Part shown: one piece after another, positions 38,001-50,200 of the stretch
Layout: every line of letters starts with the position of its first letter
Position numbering within the stretch: position 1 is the first letter of the stretch
NCBI GenBank assembly: GCA_051362555.1
Contig: CM120640.1
Span: 55,902,788-55,966,787 of the forward strand
Length of the DNA stretch: 64,000 bases
Reading direction: 5' to 3'
Origin: Lingula anatina
Taxonomy: Eukaryota > Animalia > Brachiopoda
Notes under the pieces: model-generated
Databases searched by the model: none
What the model saw: the letters and a program-made list of their open reading frames with translations, nothing else
What the model was told of the DNA's origin: nothing
Program-made: the position numbers and the translations under genes

Positions 38001-39612
38001 TGAATGTGAGCTAGTTTATCCTTATACTGTACACACTTTACTTAACGCTTTAAAAGAGAAATTAAAGGGTCCAGCTAGTAGAAATGTGTCTTTTCTTTTC
38101 TATTATCTACAACTTATCTATTAATCAAAAGTAGCGAAATGATTCTATGCTCATTTTATTTTTCTTTATATCCTTTTTCTTTTTTTTTTTTTTTTTTTTT
38201 GCAATTCGAAGACATTCAATGCATATACGATGTGATTTTAGTTATGGTACTTGTGTCCTACCAAGATAGATGTGCATCAGATGTGTATTCAATTGATGAT
38301 TTGTTTAATTTCACTGCAAAGAACGTAATTTTGGTGAGTGTAACATTAAAATTATTCTCATGCCCTTTTTTTTAATTTTTCCATTATGGTTATTTTTTTA
38401 TTCGTCTATTTAAAGGTTTTTTTAAAGTGAAAGCTTGCTGAACATTCATTTGCTGCTTTTCATACTTTCCCACGCGTAGCTATTTTGGCATGACACATGT
38501 TTTAGATAAATAGTAGAAGTATCAAATAACACATGATATTTATAGGTTAAAGGAGCAACCCACTTAACCCAAGGCGTATGCATCTGAGGCACGGGGCTAA
38601 TATGGGCAAATAACCAAAAACTTGGACCAGCCTATCTAACTGATCAGAATACAGAATGTTCCCAGAAGGGCTTGATTTTTCTACACAGTTGTTTTTTTTG
38701 TAATTCCATTATATTTCTGGTTGGGTTCATTCACCCATCTGAGATCAATGTCTATTGGCTGGCAATTACTAGAAGTTCAAGCTATTGGATCTCTTGAGAA
38801 TCGCAGTTCTGCCAAAACCAATGAAAGGTTAAGAGAAGTCAATGCTCAACGACCGAGTGGGATGGCGAATCTTTTAGCGTAAAAGCGAGCTTTTTTTGTT
38901 TAAGGTGGGAATTAATTTTGTTAGAATTATTATAAAATTAAACCTAACTGGAAACTTTGCCTTCAATACTCTTCTAAAAAGGTTACTGTGTAAACTATGT
39001 CTTCGTCCAATTGTCCTTTCATGATATTTTCATCTAATGGTACTAATTGATTGATTACAAAGTTTTCTTTGTGTTGTTTTTTCCTTGGGTAGAATAGTTG
39101 TTCAAAATATTTAACACTTACTGTACCTAGATGTCTACTGAGTTTCTCCTTGCTTATAGGAGGTTTAGGCAAAACCGGTCGGTTATTTTCAAGTCCTTAA
39201 AACGTCCGATTTCATTTTTTGGTAAAGAGAGCGTTTCTAAAGAAACTAGACATGTTTTTTTCGATTCTTCATCAATATGATTTAACTTATGTTAGAAAGC
39301 TTTTCTTTCTTAACTATGATTAAGAATACAGGGTTTTATATTTTTCAATGTAGCAGGTAAGTTGCATCCTTTTTTTGGTGGAACTTATCAATTCTTTGAG
39401 ACTGTAACAGGCGGAGATTGTTATCTCAGACTCAAAGTAATTGTCTTGGGAAATAAATGCCCAAGTAGTACAGAATTTAATCCGTCAAATAAGCACTTTT
39501 TTTTGTTTCTTTGTTATTTCAGTTTTCTTGGGTCTCCAAATCTTAAAATGTGTGCATAAGATTTCGCTTTCTGGTACCTCCTTGAAATATCACAGTATTG
39601 TATTATTTCTTT

Positions 39613-39657
39613 GGTCAGAGCAAGAAGTTATAAAGTTTATAACTTCTTGGGTCAGAG
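39613..39657. repeat. Perfect 29-bp palindrome flanked by 8-bp direct repeats
   Basis: GGTCAGAG-[CAAGAAGTTATAAA G TTTATAACTTCTTG]-GGTCAGAG. Confidence 0.9.
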
Positions 39658-40435
39658 GGTCTGAGAGGAGTTAAGAAATAATTTGTCGAAATTAATTATT
39701 ACTTGCATTTGTCGATTTACGTGATCACACAATCATCTATCAATAATCTATGCGAATAGGCCTATATGTTATGATACTGATACATGTGATGTTGAGTTAC
39801 AATATGGATCAAATCGTCTACGATGAGTTAACTGATAGGAATATATGCCACAGGGCAGTGATATAGGCTATACTGAACTGCATTACTTGTTCAGAGGCCA
39901 TTATTTCGTACTGATTTGTTAGAATGGGCCACCTGATTCACTTGTTTAAAGTCAAGGTACCGCTACTTATTATTTCATTATTTTTCTTTTGTATCTGAAT
40001 AAATTGCTTTTCATTTCATGTTCAAAAGAAATGAAATTTAATTGCAAGTCGCGGGCTCTTAGTTTCATTTTCATAGTGGAATGAAGACTGTTAAGTGGAA
40101 AGTCAAACACGTTTCCGGCTTCCAAGTTCTCCAAAATTCATCTAAGCATTAGGCCCACCGATACGTCTAGGACACCTAGCTACTTAAAATCATCGTGCAA
40201 ACCCAAAATTTTTCGTCGTCTGTGTCCCATTTGACTTTTTTTATTAATAAAATCTCCGTGTATGGTCTCCCAGTGGCAAACAAAAATTTGTACTACAAAC
40301 ACCTATATGCATCACCCTGAGCTTCAGAGATACATGTAACTTGACACTAACCTCTTCACTATAGCCTATCTTCATCGTGTCAAGTTATCACTATCCAAAT
40401 AAGATATAATGATAAGATATTATGGCTTTGATGAA

Positions 40436-40648
40436 GAAGTCTATATATTCTTTCAAACCACGTCCCTTTGTCTTTTGTCGATACTTTGTAATGTTATTAA
40501 GTTTTTAGATGACTCGGAATCAATCACAAAAAAAAAAAAAAAAAAAAAAGAAATCTATATATTCTTTCAAACCACGTCCCTTTGTCTTTTGTCGATACTT
40601 TGTAATGTTATTAAGTTTTTAGATGACTCGGAATCAATCACAAAAAAA
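40436..40648. repeat. Near-perfect tandem duplication (period 114 bp), each unit ending in poly-A
   Basis: CTATATATTCTTTCAAACC...GGAATCAATCAC is repeated. The first copy is followed by A22 and the second by A7. Confidence 0.95.
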
Positions 40649-41901
40649 GTTCTCATCTCATTTCTGTCCTTTTCAGCCAGATTTGTAGACAGGAAGAAGT
40701 CTCTCTCCTCTTACATATAAAGCTGCAAGTTTCATAAGATTTATTGTAATTTATCATATTAAGTAAATAACGTTTTTCCAATTCATTGGCATATTTGAGC
40801 AATATCTTGAAACTTCGTCACCAATTATACAAATAAAACTGAAAAGAGAACAAAATTAGATAAATTAAATTGAAATAAAAAGAACAAATGGATGTGCCAA
40901 ACAAAATAACTTTTTTTAATGATATTGTCACCCTTCGCCCAAATGTCCTTATTTACTGCCTTACATAGGCCTACCGGTACATTCTTTTGGGTAGTAGATA
41001 AATCTTATATGTTCAGTGACTAAATTAATTAACATTTACACATGTACCCCCTTACGGGTGACGTCAAAATTGCGCTTTTGGGGTAAAAACCGAAAAATCT
41101 GTTTCTCAAATTTCTTCTTTACCTGAGCACCCATGCACGATCACCGTTTCAAGGCCGATTTAATTACACCATCTAGCTCCAAAACCCAGCTAGCGATTTT
41201 TCTTAAAAGTCTTAGTGCAGATTTTATGGTTGATAAGGGCAAAATAATGCCTTCATTGTTTATCCGCCAGTAGTAGCCTATACACTTCTGGTCAACTCTG
41301 CCAATTGTCGTGATATAATCTTGTTCAGGGATTAAGTTAAAGGGATAATAACTCTTCGTATGATATCTATATTTCACAATAAAAACACTATGAACAGCTA
41401 ATAGAAATATAATATATTCTGTTTTACCACAAGAACGGCAGAAAACCAAACTTAAAAAAAAAAAAAAAAAAAAAAAAAAACAGGGACTATTGAATGTAAA
41501 AATGGATTCATTAACCATTTGTAAGTATGGAAAAATTATTGTTTACTGCAGGAAAATTCATTTTTTGGCCAAAACGAAGAATTAAGGTCCATGTTGATAA
41601 ATTGGGGTTTCACCTTAAAATAGAAAGGTGTTAAATTGATTGCCTTATGCTGTACATTTAGGGTTCTTATTGTTTTAAATCAGCGCCAAGATAGATGCAT
41701 TACTGAATATTGAGAAGCAGGAAAACCTCATTTTCAGTATCTGGATGGTTCAAAAAGGTTACAATATCCTTAAGACAATAAAAACATATCAAACTGTTCA
41801 CGCTCTTTTGTGTTTGGAGATTATAACAGAGTACCAACTTCCGGTTAAAGTCGCATGCGGCAGCGGAGCACTGGAATCGGAGCACTGTAATCTCCTTAAG
41901 A

Positions 41902-44145
41902 ATGATGGAAAACGATGACACAGAAAAACAAACTAAAAGCAAAGGGAAAGTGCTAATGCAGAAAGTTGCACGTACGATAGAACTTATTAGACAGTAGATA
42001 TTTAATGTTCGCCTTAAAGTTTATTCTTATGCAATTAACGTTAATTAAAGGGATAACAATTGTTCCTTTTGGCCAAAAAAGGATTTCCTGGGGTAAAGGA
42101 CAATTTTCCCATACTAACCAATGGTTAATGAATCCATTCCCACATTCAAAGTTTGTCCCTGACTCTTTTCTAAAAAGTTTGGTTTTCTGTAATATTCTCT
42201 TAAGAGATTTACAGAGTGTAGCCATATATATATATATATATATATATGGCTACACTCTGGCTACACATACATTATGAATCTTCAAACTGTATAAATGTAT
42301 TCTTAGAGTGCTTTTAGAACAGGTGATCTGCAGACTAACTGATCTGCTGACTAAATATGTCCAACCCCACTTAAATGTAAGCTGCCTTATCTCCTGGTCT
42401 CCCTATCTCTGTATGTACAATTAAACAGATTATTTCTCTGCTCTTGCAAGGCCCCTAGGCCTGCAGCGACAATGCTTTGTGGAGGTGGGGAGGCCATCAG
42501 GGGATTAGATGGTGCTGCTTTTATTTGGATTTGCCATATTTGATCTGTTAGTTAGTGGATCAACTTGTTCTGAATGGCTCTTGTTAACCCATGCTAAGTA
42601 ACCTGTAGTAAGGAGAGAGAACCCATTTAAAATCATACAAAAAAAGTCATAATGATTATCATTTTGATTTTGTTGCAGCTGCTATTTTCCTGGTAAGCAT
42701 GGGCAGCTTCATGTTCTTTGGTGGGTTTGCTACAGCTTTTTCATTGGCAAAAAAGCAAGATCCAAAAGGATTTTCCAAGGTGAGTTGAGAAGCCCCAACA
42801 TATTAGGCTCACACGAGGAATTATTATTTTCCATGTTGAATAGCCATTGGGCCAAGATCAGTTATTTTAAACACAAGCCAGTAAAATTTATCTCTGGCTC
42901 TTTGTAATTGTCCTGTCATTCCTAGACAATTTAGTTTGAGTATGCTGACATATGAAAATTTTGAGTAGAGCGCACTGAAACGCATTCAATTTGATATATG
43001 TTGCAGTACTGCATGCTCAAAATTTTCAGTGTATGCTTGTGTAATAGTCATTTTTTTAATAAGTCAGCATACACTTCCAAATCCACAAGATGTAACAGGG
43101 CCTTAAGGGGGTAAGGACATGCAATATTTTACCTAAGTTTAGGTGAACTTAAGTCAAATAAAGTGTGAATGTAAACTCCTTTTTGTTGCAGAACAAATGT
43201 AGAAATTTGTCTTTGTCCAAAAGAAGTGAAGGACTGGATGTAGTGATGCATTTCAAGTGCTTGACATATATTTAAATCCTGCTGTAACTTCTGAAATCCT
43301 CTGGTCTGAATTTGTAAAAGCATAGATTTAGAAGTGGATTTAATGGCACCCGGGTCAGCAGGTTGGATTTTTTTTACCAGTGATGGTACTTTATAAAAAC
43401 ATTGTTGAGTATAACAATTGCAATTAACTGATGTTTTTAATGAAATTTTTTTCTATAAATGGAATGTTATTTTATTTTCCAGGGTATGATACGTTCAAAG
43501 CAATTACCTGACAGTGGATCGGCCATTGCTTCTAGGGCACTGGCACGTGCCACCTTATACTCATTTGGTGGATTTGGCTTGTTCATATTTATTACTTGTG
43601 CTGTCCTTGGAGTGAGAACTGTAAGTTTTTGGACTTCATGAAATTATAATGTGGTGAAAAAATGATTTTTCATTTTACATTTGAATTAAAATTGGCAGAT
43701 TAAACAAATGTAACTGTTTAATGGAAAAAACACAATAGATCTTGTTTTTCTATGTATTGTAAATATTTAGTATAAGTACATAGTGGTACATAGTGTATGA
43801 AAAACTAGTGCTTGTAGTTTCTGAGAACTATTTACTAAAACTTCCTAGCATGTACCTTTCTAGGAAAGATCAATAATTATTTGCATAATCATTCTTATCT
43901 GATATTATTCTTTAGCTTAATTTTGATACAAAACTGTTTTTCAGCCTAAGGAATTTTCCGCAAAGATGAATGAAGTAATTCCTAAAGCACCAAAAAAGGA
44001 AAGTACTGGGCGTAATGAATTTGACTCTTTCAGAGAGTTGTTTACCTACTTAGAAGAGGAGGACGCTAAAAAGACTGCAAAATTAGCCAACAGAGAATTG
44101 GGTTGTGACAGTAAAACTTCTCTTGGAACAGAAAAAGACAGGTAG
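41902..44145 (+). CDS. TMEM242: Transmembrane protein 242 (mitochondrial ATP synthase c-ring assembly factor)
   Basis: Exons 41902-41971, 42679-42779, 43483-43620, 43945-44145 give AIFLVSMGSFMFFGGFATAFSLAKKQDPKGFSKG...LPDSGSAIASRALARATLYSFGGFG...LGVRTPKEFSAKMNEVIP...GRNEFDSFRELFTYL. An ETS site ACTTCCGG lies upstream near 41837. The start codon choice is less certain. Confidence 0.9.
42212..42259. repeat. Perfect palindrome: 12-bp arms around (AT)12
   Basis: CAGAGTGTAGCC-(AT)12-GGCTACACTCTG in TMEM242 intron 1. Confidence 0.92.
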
Positions 44146-46645
44146 CATGAACTGGATTTATTATAAAAGATTCACTATTCATGTGGATGAGATTTTTTTT
44201 TGGTAGTAGACAGATTGACTAGTATGTGGAAGAGTAAGTCTGTGAACAGAAAGAGAATACCCAAGGTCAATTGTGCTACCACGAAAAACTGGGACATGAC
44301 AGTGGAGCAGGTATGCCAAACTACTCATCATTTCTAAGCATCAGTGAGATGTGTCCTTGCATGTGCTCAGGGACTTATCCATGTGATTAAATTAATTGCA
44401 TTGGAGGTCAATCTCAGGTATTTTTTGGGCTGGATCAAAGATGGCCTGGTACACTCAGTTTTGTTAACTTCCACATCAAAAAAGTTTACTTGGGAATTAT
44501 GATGAAATGTTTTTGTTGCTACCATCTCTAAATAATTTGGTGATAGTAAAAGTGATTAAAACTTTGAAGTGACCAAATGAGAGATTTTCTGTCTTCACAA
44601 TATAGAAGAAACTTATTCAAGGTGTGAACCTGGGTTTTTGGAAAATCTCTGAACATTTATTGTAGGACCAACATTTGCCTGATTAAAAATCACAAAACTC
44701 TGAAATTCCACGGAAAAAGGTCATACCTGCCATTCAGTAAGTGATCTGGGCAGTTTCAAAAAAGGATTGGTCTTGAAGTGAGAAAAGGTCATCCATATAA
44801 TAAGGGTTCAATGAAATGATGTCTTTATTTATTTTTATTGAAGACTTGCATGAAGTCTTTTAAAATTAGTTCAGACGATCATTAATTCCTGATGCCAGAT
44901 TTGTCATCTTTTTATCCTACATGCCCAAACATTTGTTTTAATGCAATAAAATTTTTATTGCCAAGTTTAATATTCAGTATTTGTTTCATCGCTATGAGAG
45001 ATGTACTTGGTTTTGAATGCCAATGATATAAAATAATGAGTATTTGGAAAAGGCATCTTTATTTCTTGCAACTGATAAAGCTTACAACTGTGTCAAATGG
45101 CATTTGATAAATAAAATATACAAAACAAAAACAAAATATGAAAAAATTTATTACATCTTGAATTTTATAAATATGTCAAAAATAGGTAGAATTTGTACAA
45201 GTCTTTACAAAAAATGTACATTGTATTGTACACATATATTGTGGTCTGTACATGCATTGTGCAGGGATGTGCTGATAAATGAGACAAATGACATCTTTTT
45301 CATTGATTTACAAGATAATATTTTAAAAACAAATGTTAGTGTATCTAAATTCATTTTAAATGCTTTTTCTTTAATGTTATATAAAATGTCTTTAAAAAGA
45401 AAATTTAGTGACGGGTATTAGTGGACGGTATGCTTGTTCAAAATAAGTGTTTGGCTAACCCATAAAAACTAAAGATTCCAAATTAACTGCTAATATACTA
45501 TAGATTTCTATGCCGCTCCATGTCCCTGCCTATTTAAGAGCAACTTGATGCAGTTATTAATAATAGCTTACAACAATCTAACAACTTTATCAAAATGGGA
45601 AGTTCTACATGTAATTAAACGTTGAAAATAAAGCTTAGACTGAGAAATGCAACAATTTGTTTTTCGCTTACCTCATAAAATATGGCACATAAGTAGAGTC
45701 CATTTCAGGTTACATGCAGCCCAGTGTTAACCAAAAATGATGAAAAAGAATTCAATAGGCAATACTCTAATTCCAAGATGTTTTAGAAACCGTAAAGAAA
45801 GAAATGGACAGAAGTGACCCTGACACATTCACTGAGAACCACTTTTATCAATATACATGATGACAAGTATTTTTCAGTGTATTATATAAACTATTTCAGT
45901 GTCATATAACATGCACATTAGGATCCATCAATCCAACACAATGTACTGTCACTATGTGATATGAATATGAGTACAATAGTGGATAAGATCACAGTTTGTG
46001 ACTGACTACAAATGAAAATTGCTGAAATTAAACCCAGTATAAGAGCACTCCTGGCCTAAGCCTGTGGCAAACCTAGCTTATAACAAATAGTGCATTCGGC
46101 CTGGCTACCTTGGGCTCTTCATGCTAGCAGAAGCCCATGTGTTAAGCTATACAACATGTCATTCCAACTGGGATTTGTATCTGTCAGTGTCCAAATATCA
46201 TAAACTACACCAACTGTTGCCTGAGGCAAATAAGAAAATGCCATATACTCTGTGAACTCAAAAATATACAACAAAAAATAGAGAATTAACAGATCTTCAA
46301 AGACGTTCATACCATTGGCACTAAGTATGTTTCAAAACTAACTTTTAGTCTTTAAATATCCTTGAAATAAAAAATGTTTTATTTCATCTTAGCACTTTTC
46401 AGTAACAATTTTATTTATCTTCTCTAGTGAATTTAACAATTTATATTATTTTACAATCCAACTATTTTAGCTTATTATAATAATAATCATTATTAATATT
46501 ATCTGGGATCAACACCAGTGCACTCTTTAGAAACCTGTTAACACTATCACATTTGAGTTGTTTTCATCAAAAACATTTTGTGCTGACCAATGGCCAGCTG
46601 GACTTGATACAGTCCTGAGATGTCTTTATCCTCATTCCGTCTCTA

Positions 46646-47226
46646 TTACAATATATTGCAGGTCCGGGACTGGAAGGCAACATAGAGTGAAATGTTAAAA
46701 TATCTCCTATTGATTCTTTTTTATGTCTGGGTCATCAATAACAACAATTTTGATGAAGAGATAAAATGTAAAATAAAAAGATTTTGAATCTTCAAAACTT
46801 ATGGATGTTTATTACTGTTATTTCTGTTACACCCACCTTTTTGGGAGGTTCTTCTTTTTTCTCCTCTTCTTTTTTGACTTCATTCTTTTTGTCTTTGTTT
46901 TCTGTTTCATCCTGCAATTAAGATTTCCTTTTCAAATTTGATGTTAAATAGAAGATTGTTCCAAATCTGAATATCAAACCACTGGAATGACTTAATATTT
47001 ATAAATTATTCAAAGTTAACTACAACAAAACTCACATCATCTTCCTCCTCTTCTTCATCTTCTTCCTCTTCTTCATCTTTTTTGCTCTTCTTTTTGTCTT
47101 TGTCATTCTTTTTCTTACCTGAAAAATTCATAAGACAAACATTCCCTTTAAATTTGAAATATCAAAAATACATCTAAAAGCTAGAAATAAACAATTCTCA
47201 ATAAAGCACTTTACTGTAACAGTTTG

Positions 47227-47285
<59 letters not shown>

Positions 47286-50200
47286 CAGTGCCATCAGCCT
47301 TCTGGATGAAATTATTTTCTGCAAATCAGAGACCCAACAAACTTCTCAATGAGGAAATCTTTATAATTTTGAAATCCTACTTTTACTCTTGTCCTCTTCT
47401 TCATCCTCCTCCTCCTCCTCTTCTTCTTCTTCTTCATCTTTACCTTTCTTATTATCTTTTTTCTTTTTATCTTTTTTCTTATTTTTACTTTTTTCTTCCT
47501 CCTCATCATCTTCCTCATCTTCTTCATCTTTATCTTTGCCTTTTCCTTTTTTGTCTTTTTCTTTGCTGGATTTGTCCTTTGCTTTACTTTTTTTATCTTT
47601 TGCTTTGGTTTTCTTTTTGTCTTCCTGCTCATCTTCATCATCCTCTTCATCATCTTCATCCTCTTCATCTTCATCATCAAGCACCTTCTTTTTTCCAAAG
47701 AATGAAAACTTGCTCTCTTTCTTCTTTTCCTTCTCTGAAAGAAACGAAGGCAGCAATGACATCATTAAGTTTATATTGGCCTTTATGCAACAAGATGTCC
47801 TCAAATGGAGAAATTTTATATACATAAGTATTATCACTTATTGAAGTCATTATTGTGTGTATCAATAACAAGATACACCACCAGCAAAGCCAGGCATTAA
47901 TATCCTGTATACGCCCACTGTATTTCATAAACATGATCAAAAATTACAAGTCTAAAGTGATATATATGAGAAATGTTACAGGTATCCATATTAAACAAAA
48001 ATAAAATTATAAAGACCATTACCAGTGACATCCAGCATAATTGCTACTTAATATTCTTATCTATGAACTACCTGAACACTTGTATAATTCTTTGAAAGTC
48101 GGGTGCAGATTTGTTGTGTACTTTAAGTGTGGCATTTAAAACTATTTGCTCTTGTGCATTTATAAATACAACAACAGCAGTTATTATACTGATTCTGTTG
48201 TTTTACTTAGCAGAGGGCACAAGGTCTCTTAGTTCCTCTTTCATTGAATATATAGTAAATTAAATAAGATACAGAAAGTAACAAAAAAGGTGAGAGTTAA
48301 TAATAGTCTTTGTGAGATCTGTAGTTAGGCAATGTGCAGTCATGACAAGCTGTAAAAAAGTTAATATCTTCCACAGATCCCATCACTTCCATATTCATTA
48401 TGTGTACATGGTACCTTCATATACACATTATGTGTATACCATGCTGATCCCATTTTTTTTGCAATCAGTGCAAACAAGTTGGTCAATCATTAGCAACCTA
48501 TTACCTTTCTTATCTTTCCCTTTTGCTTCATTTTCCTTCTTTTTGTCTCCCTTTTTATCTTTATCCTAAAATTAAAGAAAAAATGTAATCATGTCCATAA
48601 ACCACCAATTACTTCTGTGTAATGTTATATGTCAACGGAAAAGCATATACATAAAACCAACTTCAATGAATTAATTAATTAATTAACATATTCTTTGCTC
48701 AGGGTTGTCTGCACATTTCAAACATAATAACCCAAAATATTATGTATGCATAATGGATAGTTTGAAGTAAACTGTCAAGTACAAAATGATCTCCTCTGTA
48801 GAGAAAATATTGTCAAAACTTAGTTCTAATACTGATTAGGACCAACCTTTTTCTTTTTTATGTCCTCCTCCTCATCTTCTTCATCTTCTTCCTCCTCATC
48901 TTCCTCCTCATCTTCTTCCTCATCTTCAACTTCTTCATCTTTTTTCTTCTTTCCTTTTGTCTGTTTAATAAAAAAATACATATCCCACTCAATCATGATG
49001 CCACAAAACAAAAGAAAATCACAACTGTACAAAATCATGACATTTTTCAATATAATTACTATAATATGATGCTATATTTTTCAATTCTTCAAAATGTGAA
49101 ATTTAAAAGCAACCTACATCTTTTTTCTTCTCCTTCTCTTCTTTGCTCTTTGTGTGTTTTTCTTCTTCTTCATCTTCTTCATCCTCCTCCTCCTCCTCTT
49201 CTTCCTTCTTCTCAACTTTAGATTTTCCTTTCTGAACAAAGAGAACGAGAAAAATATTTGTGAAAATTAAATTCTAAAAAGACATATGGTCATAGTGCGT
49301 CAACATGCATTCGTCAGAAATAATTGAAAATTCAAACCTTCTTATGTTGTTCTTCCAACTTTTTTTTCTGCTCTGCTCTTGCTTTGAGATCTGCTGACTT
49401 TGCTTTCATATCCTTTCTGTCTTTTATGGTCTGCAAAGACATAAATATTCCATAAAAACTTCTCAACTAAACTAAAGAGTTCTTAAACTATTTGATCATG
49501 AGCAAATGAACAATGAAGATATAATGGTAAAAATGCAGACTAGATCTTGTTGGGTATATAATAGTATAACACTGACATTAACTTTCAAACATTAATTTTT
49601 ACTTTATTGAATTCTTCATTTTCATCCTCAGTATCCTCATCACTCTCTCCTTCTGGGGTGACAGAAACTTCTGAATCTTCTTCTTCATCATCATCCTCTT
49701 CATTTTCATCACCAATAGACTTTCTTCCTTTACCCTTAGGCACTACCAAAATTACCAAGACATAAATCAAAATAATAAATAGAGATTCCTGGCAAAGCAT
49801 AGTGGACCAATGGAAAAAAATGAATCTAAATCATGCACCAACAAAATAATGGAACTTAAATCACATGCTGGACACTAAGATATAGATGATATGAGCTCAG
49901 ATGTTTCGACTGTATCCCATAGACTTCCTCTGAGTCAGGAACTGAGCTTATGGTCACTGATTTTATGCAACAAACATCAGGGAATAGCCACCAGGGCCCA
50001 GGCCCATATCCACTGAAATTGGTATTGCATTCCACCACGTTTGTTCAGTGATGGTGTTTCTATCCTTTTATACCCCTCTACAAAAGCGATCCCCCTTCCA
50101 GTTCCAATTAAAGTGGGCATGGGACTAGGCCCTGATGGACATTAGGATATGGATGAAATATCTGAGCTCAAACCATGTATACTTTATAGTGTCCAGTATT

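Noticed and set aside
38900-41618. Possible TTAA-flanked Kolobok/piggyBac-like element (TTAAGGTG...CACCTTAA)
   Set aside because: The terminal match is only about 4 bp beyond TTAA and there is no transposase remnant.
47288-47844. Several long overlapping ORFs (poly-Ser, Leu/His/Phe-rich, Met/Lys/Arg-rich)
   Set aside because: Alternative frames and antisense of the purine-rich low-complexity RPGR exon, where stop codons are scarce by composition.
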